Positions 1-10,468 are shown, counted from the stretch's first letter. The stretch: DNA of 56,070 bases from Candidatus Moraniibacteriota bacterium (GCA_023261645.1 JAHFOO010000008.1:1-56070); one strand, 5' to 3'. The notes: generated from the letters alone by a model not told the origin. Program-made: numbers and translations.

Positions 1-137
1 ACAAAGCTTCCCTTGAGGCTGGCGTGGCCTGTTTTGACCGATTTCACCTCTGATCCGGTCAACACTAAACCAGCCTCGTAACGACCGTCGAGGGTATAGT
101 CAAAACCGGCTCTTCTATTGGTAGCGATGACTGTCAT
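1..137 (-). CDS. smpB: SsrA-binding protein SmpB, 5' part (runs off window start)
   Basis: Manual translation from ATG at 137: MTVIATNRRAGFDYTLDGRYEAGLVLTGSEVKSVKTGHASLKGSF, the SmpB N-terminal signature (NRRA.FDY...EAGLVL.GSEVKS). Not in the ORF track. Confidence 0.92.
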   Translation of the reverse strand, partial: MTVIATNRRAGFDYTLDGRYEAGLVLTGSEVKSVKTGHASLKGSF

Positions 138-240
138 AATCGTACCTCTACTCTAGCGAAAGAATGGGAGAATAGCAATTTTTTCAGCTATCCAGAAAGG
201 GTTCGGAGAGCTCTTTTCTTTTTGACTTTTGTACGCTACG

Positions 241-1854
241 ATGAAGAGTATGAAAAAGATACTGGAAGAAAAGATACGGACAGCGATACAGGAACTCAAA
301 AATGAGGAGATCTTTCCTTCTTTTGATGTGCCGGAAATCCGCGTGGAACGGCCGAAAGACGAGCAGTTCGGCGAATATACGACGAATATCGCGTTGGTCT
401 TGGCAAAACTGGCCAAAAAGGATCCGATGGAAGTGGCAGAGGCTATCAGTCAGCAATTGACAATAAACAGTCAACAAGAAAAAACTTTTGAAAAAATCGA
501 AGTCGTGAAACCCGGACATATCAATTTTTATCTTTCACAAGAAACACTCGTTGCTTTTGTTACAGAAATCTTGGAGGAGGGTCAGAAATTCGGTTCAAGC
601 GAAAAAGGAAGAGGAGAGAAGGTGAACAATGAGTTCATCTCTGCCAATCCAACCGGACCTCTCTCAGTAGGGAATGGTCGTGGTGGATTTTATGCCGATA
701 CACTCTCCAATGTTTTACGTAAATCAGGATATGATGTTACAAACGAATATTATGTGAATGATGGCGGTGGACAGGTGTTGAAACTTGGACACAGTGTTCT
801 CAATGATAGTGAAGCAGTCTATGGAGGAGAATATATAGAACAATTAACAGCTAACAATAGACAAGAAACAGTGAAAGAAACTGGAGAATGGGCTGCTACA
901 TACATAATGGAAGAGATGATCAAGAAAACTATTCAGGAGAAAATGAAGGTTTCTTTTGATAAATTCATTTCTGAAAAGGAAGATATTGTTGAAAAAGGCT
1001 ATGTCGATAAGGCCATCACTCTTCTCAAAGAAAAAAATCTCACCTATGAATCAGAAGGGGCTTTGTGGCTTCGGACGACTGATTTCGGTGATGATAAAGA
1101 TCGTGTGTTGATAAAAAAAGATGGAGCAAGGGCGTATTTTTCTGGCGACTGCGGATATTTTCTTCATAAGATGGATCGAGGATTCACCATTCTCATCCTT
1201 TCCCTTGGGGCGGATCATCATGGATACATCGGACGTTTACGCGCTGCCGCAAAAGCATTGGGGTTTCAAGGAGAACTTCATTTTATTATTTCTCAAATGG
1301 TGAAGGTAGTGAAAGACGGGAAGGAAGTTCGTATGAGCAAGCGTGCCGGTAATGTCGTGACAGTTGATGAATTGATAGAAAAAGTAGGGCACGATGTAGC
1401 ACGGTTCTTCTTCCTTCTGTATGCACCGGAGACGCATATGAATTTCGATCTCGGTCTGGCAGAGGAGCGTTCACAGAAGAACCCCGTGTTCTATGTGGAG
1501 TATGCACACGCCCGTCTCTGTAGTATCTTACGAAAGGCTGAAGAAGGACATTTCGGAGAAAAGAATGGTGACCTGAATCTTCTCGTTCATCCGAAAGAGA
1601 GAGAACTTATTCGAGAACTTCTTTTCTTCCCCGAGCTTATTGAAACGGTTGCAACTGATTTTTCCGTGCACAAATTACCTCAGTATGCTATGCAACTTGC
1701 AGATAAGTTCCATTCTTTTTATAATGATTGCAAGGTGATAGACGAAGAACATCGTGATATGAGTATGGCACGGCTCGAGCTCGTCCGCGCGACGAAGATT
1801 GTTTTGTCAGAGACGCTCAACTTGATGGGTATCGACGCTCCGGAGAAGATGTGA
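241..1854 (+). CDS. argS: Arginine--tRNA ligase
   Basis: EFISANPTGPLSVGNGRG (HIGH-like), GADHHGY, MSKRAG, NPVFYVEYAHAR, APEKM C-terminus. Start could be 229, 241 or 250. Confidence 0.97.
   Translation: MKSMKKILEEKIRTAIQELKNEEIFPSFDVPEIRVERPKDEQFGEYTTNIALVLAKLAKKDPMEVAEAISQQLTINSQQEKTFEKIEVVKPGHINFYLSQETLVAFVTEILEEGQKFGSSEKGRGEKVNNEFISANPTGPLSVGNGRGGFYADTLSNVLRKSGYDVTNEYYVNDGGGQVLKLGHSVLNDSEAVYGGEYIEQLTANNRQETVKETGEWAATYIMEEMIKKTIQEKMKVSFDKFISEKEDIVEKGYVDKAITLLKEKNLTYESEGALWLRTTDFGDDKDRVLIKKDGARAYFSGDCGYFLHKMDRGFTILILSLGADHHGYIGRLRAAAKALGFQGELHFIISQMVKVVKDGKEVRMSKRAGNVVTVDELIEKVGHDVARFFFLLYAPETHMNFDLGLAEERSQKNPVFYVEYAHARLCSILRKAEEGHFGEKNGDLNLLVHPKERELIRELLFFPELIETVATDFSVHKLPQYAMQLADKFHSFYNDCKVIDEEHRDMSMARLELVRATKIVLSETLNLMGIDAPEKM
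445..479 (+). repeat. Degenerate heptamer tract inside argS
   Basis: atcagtc agcaatt gacaata aacagtc aacaaga, encoding ISQQLTINSQQE. Confidence 0.6.
839..873 (+). repeat. Second degenerate heptamer tract inside argS
   Basis: aacaatt aacagct aacaata gacaaga aacagtg, encoding EQLTANNRQETV. Confidence 0.6.
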
Positions 1855-1868
1855 TAGCAGAAGCTATC

Positions 1869-1890
1869 ACCCTGAGCACGGTCGAAGGGT
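1869..1890. repeat. Short REP-like palindrome downstream of argS
   Basis: accctgagcacggtcgaagggt (accct...agggt stem). Confidence 0.4.
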
Positions 1891-1929
1891 TTATTTCCTA
1901 TTTATATATAATCAGTAAGAAATACGAAG

Positions 1930-2082
1930 ATGGCACGACTCAAAAAAGAATACAGAGACAAATACAAAAAAGAGCTTGGTTGGGATGAAAAATTGCTTCG
2001 TTTCGCTATAAAAGCTGTCGGTTCAGCTGCGTTGTTCTTTGTAGCGGCTATCGGCATAGACGCTTATCATTTCTTCCACTGA
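1930..2082 (+). CDS. Small 50-aa single-pass membrane protein
   Basis: Manual ORF MARLKKEYRDKYKKELGWDEKLLRFAIKAVGSAALFFVAAIGIDAYHFFH. Basic N-terminus plus hydrophobic C-terminus; fills the gap on the coding strand. Confidence 0.6.
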   Translation: MARLKKEYRDKYKKELGWDEKLLRFAIKAVGSAALFFVAAIGIDAYHFFH

Positions 2083-2099
2083 ACATTATTTCGTTTTGT

Positions 2100-2666
2100 A
2101 TGATTACTTTTTATCTGGTACGACACGGGGAGGCGGAAAACAACGTGAATCACATCGGTAATTCTTCTCCAGAAAAGATAAAAATGCATCTTACGGTAGA
2201 GGGTATCCGTCAAGTAACAACTACTGCTGAGTTTCTCGTCGGGAAAAATATTGATGTCATTCTTGCTTCGCCTCTCCAGAGAACGCGTGAAACAGCGGCT
2301 CTTATTGCAGAAAAGATAGGGAAAGAAGTGTTGATCGACGATCGTCTGCACGAGACAGGAATGGGTATTTATAACGGAGAGCCGATAGAGAAATTTTTCT
2401 CTCGGTACCCCGATATGCGTGCGCGTATCACCACTCTTGGTGAGGATGGTACGGAAAGTTTCATCGATATGAGGGGTCGCCTGACAGAATTACTGAGTGA
2501 TATGAAAAAGGTCTACGCGGACAAGAAAGTCGTGCTTGTGTCGCACGGTGATGTCTTGGATCAACTCTACGGCATATTGAGCGAAGAAAGTATCGGATGG
2601 ACACTGGATGATGATTGGTATCCGGAAAAAGGGTCTTGTATGGAAGTAGTGTGGTCTGAGAATTGA
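2100..2666 (+). CDS. Histidine phosphatase (phosphoglycerate mutase-like) family protein
   Basis: LVRHGE, SPLQRTRETA, VSHGD motifs. Confidence 0.93.
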   Translation: MITFYLVRHGEAENNVNHIGNSSPEKIKMHLTVEGIRQVTTTAEFLVGKNIDVILASPLQRTRETAALIAEKIGKEVLIDDRLHETGMGIYNGEPIEKFFSRYPDMRARITTLGEDGTESFIDMRGRLTELLSDMKKVYADKKVVLVSHGDVLDQLYGILSEESIGWTLDDDWYPEKGSCMEVVWSEN

Positions 2667-2705
2667 TTTTCTCATTCGTTTGTGATAGTATAACCGTACG
2701 ATTTT

Positions 2706-2894
2706 GAAAGGCGATGAAGGAGATATCACTCCGGAGCTGTGGAAAGAAATCTCAGTGTGAGACGTAGAATCTACCGGGCTGACCCGTAATAGTCAGAGAT
2801 GAAGGGTAATTATTCGTAATTACTAAAGTAAGGTGGTACCACGTTCTGAATGTTTCAAACGTCCTTAACACGGTTTTGTGTTGAGGATTTTTTT
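2706..2894 (+). promoter_or_regulatory. T-box leader (Ile) with terminator
   Basis: T-box AAGGTGGTACCACG at 2830-2843; antiterminator partner CGTCC at 2860-2864; terminator tccttaacac/gtgttgagga (2862-2887) plus T-run; directly upstream of ileS; candidate ATC specifier near 2749. Confidence 0.85.
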
Positions 2895-2918
2895 GTTTAT
2901 CTTGTTAAAGTGAAACAT

Positions 2919-5819
2919 ATGAAAAAAGTAGAATCACAAGTGAGTTTCCCGGAGATGGAAGAGGAAATCCTCAGGTTTTGGGACGCAGAAAAAATATTTG
3001 AGAAGTCGATAGCCAACCGTCCGGCTGATAAGTTGTACAGTTTTTATGACGGACCGCCATTTGCGACGGGGACACCTCATTATGGGCATATCGTAGCGAG
3101 CGCTATCAAAGATACGGTACCGAGGTACTGGACGATGAAGGGGTACCGAGTGGAACGCAAATGGGGCTGGGATTGTCACGGACTGCCTATCGAGAATATC
3201 GCTGAAAAAGAATTGGGCATCGCGCACAAGAAAGAAATTGTAGAAATGGGAGTGGAGAAATTCAATGAAACGTGCCGTTCGAAAGTATTGGAGTACGTCG
3301 CTGAATGGAAAAAAGTGATGCGTCGTTTCGGACGCTTTGCTGATATGGAAAATGCCTACAAGACGATGGATCTCGACTATATGGAGTCTGTCTGGTGGGT
3401 ATTCAAAGAATTGTGGGATAAGGGACTCATCTATGAGAGCTACCGAACGATGCATATCTGTCCACGTTGTGAGACGACACTTTCTCAGTCCGAAGTGGCA
3501 GAAGGATATCTCACAGTCAAAGATCTGGCAGTGACAGCAAAATTTGAACTCATAGACGAGCCTGGAACATTTATGCTTGCTTGGACAACGACACCGTGGA
3601 CTTTGCCGGGTAACGTCGCTCTGGCGGTGGGAAAAGATATCAAATATCAAGCGGTAAAAATCAAAGGAGAGAAAGAAAAATATATCGTAGCGGAAGACAG
3701 AGTTCAGGAAGTGTTCAAGGATAAAGAGTATGAAGTAGTCGAGGAATGTACAGGTGAAAAACTCATCGGGAAATCATACAAACCGCTGTTTGATTATTAC
3801 GCGAAAGATGAAACGCTGGAAAATCGTGAGAATGGATGGAAGATCTATCATGCGGATTTCGTGACTACCGATATGGGGACTGGTATCGCTCACGAAGCAC
3901 CGGCTTTCGGTGAGGATGATATGGAACTTGGGAAAACAAATAATTTGCCATGGGTTCAGCACGTCAATATGGATGGTACGATGAAGCCGGAAGTGACTGA
4001 CTTCGCAGGCCAGCCGGTGAAAGACAAGGAAGATCCGCAAGGGATGAATGTCGAGATTATCAAATATCTCGCGAAACAAGGGACACTTTTTGCGAAAGAA
4101 AAATATGAGCACAGTTATCCGCACTGTTGGCGTTGTGATACCCCTCTCCTCAATTATGCGACGTCTTCCTGGTTTGTTTCGGTGACGAAAATTAAACCAG
4201 AGATGCTTGAATTGGCAAAAAATATCCATTGGTCACCAGAACATATCAAGGAGGGACGATGGGGGAAGTGGCTCGAGGGAGCACGGGACTGGTCCATCAG
4301 TCGTCAGCGGTATTGGGCGTCTGTGATGCCGATTTGGAAGTGTGAATGCGGTGAGATGAGAGTCTTCGGCTCAGTGGCCGATCTCGAAAAGGCCAGCGGA
4401 AAAAAGATCGGTGATTTGCATAAACATATCGTCGATGAAATCACTGTGCCGTGTGAGAAATGCCAGAAAGATATGAAGCGTGTTCCTGATGTGCTCGATA
4501 CGTGGTTTGATTCGGGCTCGATGCCATATGCGCAATCGCATTATCCTTTCGAGAATAAAGAAAAATTTGAGCAGACATTCCCAGCTGATTTCATTGCCGA
4601 AGGTATCGATCAGACTCGTGCCTGGTTTTATTATCAACACGTCATAGGTACAGCAATCAAGGAAAGCAATGCCTTTCAGAATGTCATTGTGAACGGTACT
4701 GTCGTAGCCGAGGATGGCAAAAAAATGTCGAAGCGTCTGAAGAATTATCCTGATCCGATGGAACTCATCAATAAATATGGAGCTGATGTTCTCCGTTACT
4801 ATCTTCTTTCTTCACCCGTGGTGACAGCAGAGGATCTCAATTTTTCTGAACGAGAGCTCGGTGATGTGAGTCGTAATATATTCCGAATGCTCTGGAATTC
4901 ATATTCATTTTTCACGACGTACACGTCGATTGATAATTGGGTACCGAAGAAAAATGCGAAACCATCAGAGAATTTGCTCGATCGGTGGATTCTTTCGGAG
5001 CTTCAACTCCTTATTAAGGAAGTCGATGGTGCTATGCAAAGTTATGAGCTCAATCGGGCGACGCGAGCCTTTGCACCGTTTGTTGATAACCTTTCGAATT
5101 GGTATATCCGCCGGAGTCGCAATCGTTTCTGGAAATCAGAAGATGGTGGCGACAAGGAGAATGCCTATCAGACGTTGTATGATGTTTTGGTGACGCTTTC
5201 GAAAGTGATGGCACCGTTCACACCGTTCCTTTCGGAAGAAATTTACAAAAATCTTACAGGAAAAAATTCGGTTCATTTGGCCGATTATCCAGTACCCAAT
5301 GAGACATTGATCAATAAGGATGTACGAGAAAAAATGATGATAACTCGCAATCTCGTTGTTCAAGGTCTCCAGAAACGTTCAGAAGCGGGTATCAAGGTCA
5401 GACAGCCACTGGCTCTGTTGTCAGCAAAGATTAGGATTGACCTACCTCAAGAGTATAAAGACATCATCAAAGAGGAACTGAATATTAAGGACATTGTTTT
5501 TGATATCTTAGAGAGTTTGGAGATGGAAGAAGACATTGTGCTTGATATTAAAATCACTTCTGAATTGAAGCTCGAAGGGGAAGCACGGGAAATTATTCGA
5601 GCCATCCAGGAAGGCCGTAAGAAAGCCGGATTTAATGTGGAAGATCGTATCAGTCTCAGTTCTGTCGGGAAAGAGAAAGTCTTCGAGAAATTCGGTGATA
5701 TGATTGCAAAAGAAGTTCTCGCTACTAAAGTAGAGTCAGGCGTACCTTCCGATGCCGAATATTCTGAAACAGTATCGCTTGATGGTGAAGATTTTTCTTT
5801 CAGTTTGAAACGGATATGA
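2919..5819 (+). CDS. ileS: Isoleucine--tRNA ligase (type 2)
   Basis: DGPPFATGTPHYGH, GWDCHGLP, WTTTPWTLP, DWSISRQRYW, KMSKR. ATG at 2919 chosen because it lies downstream of the T-box terminator. Confidence 0.97.
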   Translation: MKKVESQVSFPEMEEEILRFWDAEKIFEKSIANRPADKLYSFYDGPPFATGTPHYGHIVASAIKDTVPRYWTMKGYRVERKWGWDCHGLPIENIAEKELGIAHKKEIVEMGVEKFNETCRSKVLEYVAEWKKVMRRFGRFADMENAYKTMDLDYMESVWWVFKELWDKGLIYESYRTMHICPRCETTLSQSEVAEGYLTVKDLAVTAKFELIDEPGTFMLAWTTTPWTLPGNVALAVGKDIKYQAVKIKGEKEKYIVAEDRVQEVFKDKEYEVVEECTGEKLIGKSYKPLFDYYAKDETLENRENGWKIYHADFVTTDMGTGIAHEAPAFGEDDMELGKTNNLPWVQHVNMDGTMKPEVTDFAGQPVKDKEDPQGMNVEIIKYLAKQGTLFAKEKYEHSYPHCWRCDTPLLNYATSSWFVSVTKIKPEMLELAKNIHWSPEHIKEGRWGKWLEGARDWSISRQRYWASVMPIWKCECGEMRVFGSVADLEKASGKKIGDLHKHIVDEITVPCEKCQKDMKRVPDVLDTWFDSGSMPYAQSHYPFENKEKFEQTFPADFIAEGIDQTRAWFYYQHVIGTAIKESNAFQNVIVNGTVVAEDGKKMSKRLKNYPDPMELINKYGADVLRYYLLSSPVVTAEDLNFSERELGDVSRNIFRMLWNSYSFFTTYTSIDNWVPKKNAKPSENLLDRWILSELQLLIKEVDGAMQSYELNRATRAFAPFVDNLSNWYIRRSRNRFWKSEDGGDKENAYQTLYDVLVTLSKVMAPFTPFLSEEIYKNLTGKNSVHLADYPVPNETLINKDVREKMMITRNLVVQGLQKRSEAGIKVRQPLALLSAKIRIDLPQEYKDIIKEELNIKDIVFDILESLEMEEDIVLDIKITSELKLEGEAREIIRAIQEGRKKAGFNVEDRISLSSVGKEKVFEKFGDMIAKEVLATKVESGVPSDAEYSETVSLDGEDFSFSLKRI

Positions 5820-6355
5820 AATACGGAGTGCAAAATTGGGAAGAGACTTCTCGTGAAGAAGTGTTCAAGAAATTCGGTCGTGGCATCGAGAAGCGGGTCT
5901 ATCGTTTGCCACACGGAAAAGAAGCGGAATTTTACCTCAAAACAGGGCATTCGAGCATTGCTTGTTTGGCCCTCACGAAAGAGCATCAGGTTATTCTCGT
6001 GAAACAATTTCGTCCCGGTCCGGGAAAAGTTCTGATAGAAATGCCCGGTGGCGGAATGAATGGGGATGAAATGAGGGAGGATGCGATGAAACGTGAATTG
6101 CTTGAAGAAACGGGCTATAAAGGTGACATCGAATTTATTGCGGAGATTCTACCGGATGCATATTCGACATATACGAAGAATTTCTTCGTCATAACACAGT
6201 GTGAAAAAATTTCTGAACCACAGGTTGAAGACAATGGAGAGGAAGTAGAAGCGATCCTGATGAATCTGGAGGAATTCCGTACACATATCCGTACCGGACA
6301 GATGACGGACATCGAGGGGGCCTACCTGTGTCTCGATTATTTGAATTTATTGTAG
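5816..6355 (+). CDS. NUDIX hydrolase (ADP-ribose pyrophosphatase-like)
   Basis: KQFRPG...EMPGG...AMKRELLEETGY Nudix box. Confidence 0.9.
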   Translation: MKYGVQNWEETSREEVFKKFGRGIEKRVYRLPHGKEAEFYLKTGHSSIACLALTKEHQVILVKQFRPGPGKVLIEMPGGGMNGDEMREDAMKRELLEETGYKGDIEFIAEILPDAYSTYTKNFFVITQCEKISEPQVEDNGEEVEAILMNLEEFRTHIRTGQMTDIEGAYLCLDYLNLL

Positions 6356-6376
6356 TTTTTTGAGGCAATGCGATCA

Positions 6377-6525
6377 AGACATCTGCGGCAAGAATTTTTC
6401 AGAGAGGCTTGAAACTTTTGCGAGCATGGCTCCGGCGTTTCGCCGGATCGCAAAAGTTTTAGGAGTGAAGTCCGTCGCTGGACGGACGAGTGTCTCTCTG
6501 GAAGATTGCTTGCCGTCAGATGTCT
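6377..6525 (+). repeat. Conserved multibranch structured element, copy 1 (upstream of recO)
   Basis: Nested inverted repeats agacatctg/cagatgtct, aaacttttgcga/tcgcaaaagttt, tccggcg/cgccgga, gtccgtc-gctg-gacggac; motifs shared with 22929-23071 and 33454-33600. Confidence 0.75.
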
Positions 6526-6553
6526 CTCTAAAAATCTTTACTAAAAATATTCA

Positions 6554-7276
6554 ATGGAAATTCGTTACAACGCCATTATCCTGAGAAAAAAAGAGGTGGG
6601 GGAAACCGACCGCTTGTATACATTGTATACGGAGACGGCCGGCAAGGTTTCACTTGTGGCTAAAGGCGTGCGGAAATCCGAAGCCAAACTGGCCGGACAG
6701 CTTGAAACCCTGATGCAGGGGCTCGTTATCGTGGTCAAAGGACGCGGAACAGGCAGGATAGCCGGTGCGGTAGCAGAGAAGAATTTCCTCTCTCTGCGTA
6801 CGGATGGTGATATCCTGAAGCGCGTACTCGAAACCATCAATATCTTCGAACGTTTGGTCGGGTGGGATGAGCCGGATAAAGAATTATTCCAACTGCTCGA
6901 AGTATATCTCATTTTGACGGACGATCTGGCGAAAGATGGGAAAAAAGAAAAGATATTCTTATTGACAGAAGGTTTTCTCGTACAGCTTTTTGCGCATCTG
7001 GGGTATACGATTGAAACCGGCCAATGCGCCGTATCGGGAGAGAAGGTGCGATCAGGAGAACGATATTTCTTCAGTCCGAGTGCCGGAGGTATACTTGCTG
7101 AGAAGTATGCCAATACCACAGAAGGTGCTTTTCCTGTCAGCGAGAATACGATAAAACTCATCAGACTTTTCCTCTGTAATCGTCTGGATACGTTTTCTCG
7201 AGTGAGAGTGACCGAAGGAGGGCTGCGTGAAGTGAATCTCGTCGTTACGCGTTTCTTCCAGTGGATTATGCACTGA
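6554..7276 (+). CDS. recO: DNA repair protein RecO
   Basis: AIILRK..VGETDRLYTLYT...GKVSLVAKGVRK OB-fold start; CAVSG...FSPSAGG. Confidence 0.93.
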   Translation: MEIRYNAIILRKKEVGETDRLYTLYTETAGKVSLVAKGVRKSEAKLAGQLETLMQGLVIVVKGRGTGRIAGAVAEKNFLSLRTDGDILKRVLETINIFERLVGWDEPDKELFQLLEVYLILTDDLAKDGKKEKIFLLTEGFLVQLFAHLGYTIETGQCAVSGEKVRSGERYFFSPSAGGILAEKYANTTEGAFPVSENTIKLIRLFLCNRLDTFSRVRVTEGGLREVNLVVTRFFQWIMH

Positions 7277-7344
7277 TGAGTTGTGGAAACCCCTCATTTC
7301 TGATAAAATTGCAGGAGACAAATACAAATACTGAACAAAGAAGT

Positions 7345-9273
7345 ATGGCTCTTGAAGATCTGAATGAAAAACTCTATGGCCGTGATATACACCTCGGTCG
7401 TATGGAGAAGCATACCCCATTTGATCCAAAGCGAGGCGGGGCTGATCTGAATGTTGAGGGACAATTCCGAAAAGATGAAGAATGGCAGGCTCCTGTCCCA
7501 AAAACTGATCCGATCAAAGTATTGACGGACGTTGCAACGAACAAACGAACAAAAAAAATAGCTTTCTTTTTGGGAGGTTTGGCGATCATTCTCCTCCTCG
7601 GTGGAACTGTCATCAAAATACGTACGATGATTTTCAGTGAAAATCAGGTTGCCGTATCGATTTCCGGCCCGAAAGATGTCGCGAGTGTTGAGGTGACGAC
7701 CTTTACAGTCACATATGCCAATGATAATTGGGCAGGGTTGGACAATGCGACATTGATTCTCGCTTATCCGGAAACATTTCATCTGCAAGCTGAAAATACG
7801 ATGAGTGTCAATGGATCGCGAGCAGAAATCTCCATTGGAAATATAGCAGCGAGAACTCAAGGAAAGATAATAGTGGAAGGGAAATTCTATGGTTCCAAAG
7901 GAGATAAGCTGGATCTGCACGCGACACTCCGTTACTCGCCGAGCAAGGTATCGACCATACTCGAAAAAACAACACAGCTCACTGTGACTGTCGGCTCTTC
8001 GCCGCTTTCTCTCGAGATTACTGCACCGCTCGAAATGGCGACCGGTCAGGACGTCGAATATGTTTTCGATTACAGCAATAAGAGCGATTTGCCGTTTTCC
8101 AATCTGCGGGTGAAGGCGGACTATCCTGATGGATTTCGTTTCGTGAGCGCTGAACCGGCGCCATCAGAAGGGGAATCTGTCTGGTATGTGGGGAATCTGG
8201 ATGCCGGTGTCAAAGGAAAAATCACTATTCATGGAGTGATAATCGGAAAAAGTCAGGAGTACAAAATCATCCACGGTACTATCGGTTTTTTCGGCGGTGA
8301 CGGAAAATTCGTTTCATACGAAGCAAATGATCGACAAATTCGGATCATCGCTTCGCCTCTTTCCATTTCTCAAGCAGTCAATCGTCTCACGGATATCGCG
8401 GTGAAAGCCGGCGATGTCCTGCGGTATGTCGTCCATTACAGGAATGATGGGAATATCGGTTTGCGTGATGCCATCATTACCGTTGAAATCGATCCGACTT
8501 TTCTCGATGTCAATCGGCTCCTGGTAGAAAACGGCGCTTACGATCCGGCACGCAGAGTAATCGTGTGGAAAGCCTCCGATGTCCCTGCACTGGGGAAATT
8601 GGCGCCAGGCGATGAAGGCGATGTATTCTTTTCTGTGCCGGTACTGGAAAAAATCGATGTGAATAGCGGGAAAAACCTCTCCATCAAAACCGTTGCCAAA
8701 ATAGACAGTCTCGATATCCCGACGCCCATCGGAGCGAACAAGATAATCGCGAGTAACAATCTCTATGTGAAGTTGCAGTCATCGGTGGCTATCAATGTGA
8801 GTACGCTTTATACGGATACTGTTTTTCCTAATAGTGGTCCTATCCCGCCCAAGGCTGGACAAGAAACGAGTTATACCATACATTTGAATGTGACCAATTC
8901 TTCGAATGATCTCAGATCAGCGCGTGTTGCTATCACACTTCCGACAGGCGTGCATTATGCCGGGAAATATTCCAAGTCGGATGAGGTGCTCACATTCAAT
9001 GAACGGAGCAATGAACTCGTGTGGGAACTCGGGACATTCTCCGCGACAGAAGGGAAGCCACACGAGATTGTCTTTCAAGTGTCCGTTCTCCCTGGTCCGG
9101 ATCAGATCGGGAATACGCTGGATCTGATAAACAGCGTCGTACTCACTGCTTATGATACGTTCATCAACCAGGATATCCGTGTCGAGAAAGGAAGGCAGAC
9201 GAACGCTCTCGGTGATGATTCCGTGTATGGCTCTTTTTCTAATAATGCGAGTATGGTAGAGAAGGCCGATTAG
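7345..9273 (+). CDS. Membrane-anchored multi-Ig-like (DUF11-type) surface protein
   Basis: N-terminal TM helix then repeated beta-sandwich units (Y.N.....L.N..., W.lG.L.AG). Start at MALEDL. Confidence 0.7.
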   Translation: MALEDLNEKLYGRDIHLGRMEKHTPFDPKRGGADLNVEGQFRKDEEWQAPVPKTDPIKVLTDVATNKRTKKIAFFLGGLAIILLLGGTVIKIRTMIFSENQVAVSISGPKDVASVEVTTFTVTYANDNWAGLDNATLILAYPETFHLQAENTMSVNGSRAEISIGNIAARTQGKIIVEGKFYGSKGDKLDLHATLRYSPSKVSTILEKTTQLTVTVGSSPLSLEITAPLEMATGQDVEYVFDYSNKSDLPFSNLRVKADYPDGFRFVSAEPAPSEGESVWYVGNLDAGVKGKITIHGVIIGKSQEYKIIHGTIGFFGGDGKFVSYEANDRQIRIIASPLSISQAVNRLTDIAVKAGDVLRYVVHYRNDGNIGLRDAIITVEIDPTFLDVNRLLVENGAYDPARRVIVWKASDVPALGKLAPGDEGDVFFSVPVLEKIDVNSGKNLSIKTVAKIDSLDIPTPIGANKIIASNNLYVKLQSSVAINVSTLYTDTVFPNSGPIPPKAGQETSYTIHLNVTNSSNDLRSARVAITLPTGVHYAGKYSKSDEVLTFNERSNELVWELGTFSATEGKPHEIVFQVSVLPGPDQIGNTLDLINSVVLTAYDTFINQDIRVEKGRQTNALGDDSVYGSFSNNASMVEKAD

Positions 9274-9285
9274 AGAAGAGAGAAT

Positions 9286-10419
9286 ATGACAGTATGGAAA
9301 CAACGAGAAGAAAGTGATGGAAAACGCAGAGGCGTCTTCGTCACAAGGAAGGGGAGCTTGCAAACTCCTTTTTTTATGCCGGATGCGACCAGAGCGTCGG
9401 TGCGAGGTCTGTCTCCAGAGGATTTGGAAAAGATCGGTATAGAAGCTCTTGTCGTCAATACGTATCACCTTTTTCTTCAGCCCGGTGAGGCGCTCATCAA
9501 AGAGGCGGGAGGGATACATACATTTATGAACTGGGACAGGCCGGTATTGTCTGATTCGGGAGGCTATCAGGTGTATTCGCTCATTCATAAGAATCCGGAT
9601 CTGGGGCGTATCACCGAAGATGGTGCGGAGTTCCGTTCGGTGATTGATGGATCGAAGCATCTGCTCACGCCCGAACGTGCGATTCAAATCCAGTTTGATC
9701 TCGGGACGGATATGATGGTCGTCCTTGATGATCCGCGACCAAATGATGCGTCGGAAGAAGAAATCATCCGAGCAGTGGATCGTACACTCAGATGGGCGAA
9801 GCGTTGTCGGGATGAATATGAGAGACAGGTAACAGCACGAGCATTCGACGATACGACTCGCCCGCTTCTTTTCGGAGTGGTGCAGGGAGGAATGATACTT
9901 TCAGAGCGCAAACGTTGTGCTCTTGGACTGATCGAAATAGGATTTGATGGCTATGGACTGGGTGGTCGGCACGTAGATATGGAAGGAAAATTTTTGGGTG
10001 AGCTTATGACGGCACTTGCTTCGTTCATACCAAAAGACAGCATTCGTTTTGCTTTGGGGGTAGGGAAGCCTGAGGATATCGTCCGTCTCCATAGTGTCGG
10101 TTGGGATATGTTCGACTGCGTGATTCCTACCCGTGAAGGCAGGCACGGTAGGTTGTTCGTCTGGAAAGAAGGGAAAGATGTGAATCCGGAACAGCTCGAT
10201 TTTTATGAAACCATCAATATCCATAATGAACAATTTACGAGGGATTTCACACCGGTAGATGAAACGTGTGACTGCGCGCTCTGTATTCACTATACGAAGA
10301 GTTATCTGAGGCATCTGTTCCGTGTCGAAGAATCTCTCGCTTTTAGCCTTGCTTCGATTCACAATCTGCGTTTTTATGCGAAGCTTATGGAAAAACTTCG
10401 AAGTGATGAATCTCTTTGA
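9286..10419 (+). CDS. tgt: tRNA-guanine transglycosylase
   Basis: TPFFMP, NTYHL, DSGGYQ, FGVVQGG, DMFDCVIPTR, CDCALC...HNL Zn site. Confidence 0.95.
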   Translation: MTVWKQREESDGKRRGVFVTRKGSLQTPFFMPDATRASVRGLSPEDLEKIGIEALVVNTYHLFLQPGEALIKEAGGIHTFMNWDRPVLSDSGGYQVYSLIHKNPDLGRITEDGAEFRSVIDGSKHLLTPERAIQIQFDLGTDMMVVLDDPRPNDASEEEIIRAVDRTLRWAKRCRDEYERQVTARAFDDTTRPLLFGVVQGGMILSERKRCALGLIEIGFDGYGLGGRHVDMEGKFLGELMTALASFIPKDSIRFALGVGKPEDIVRLHSVGWDMFDCVIPTREGRHGRLFVWKEGKDVNPEQLDFYETINIHNEQFTRDFTPVDETCDCALCIHYTKSYLRHLFRVEESLAFSLASIHNLRFYAKLMEKLRSDESL

Positions 10420-10468
10420 CTTTTGGCTCTGGAAAGGGTAGATTGAGTGTACTTATTAATACTTTTTT

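Noticed and set aside
6360-6584. ORFs over structured elements (6360-6584, 22888-23277, 33441-33629)
   Set aside because: They coincide with nested inverted repeats, some overlap real genes, and none has protein-like motifs.
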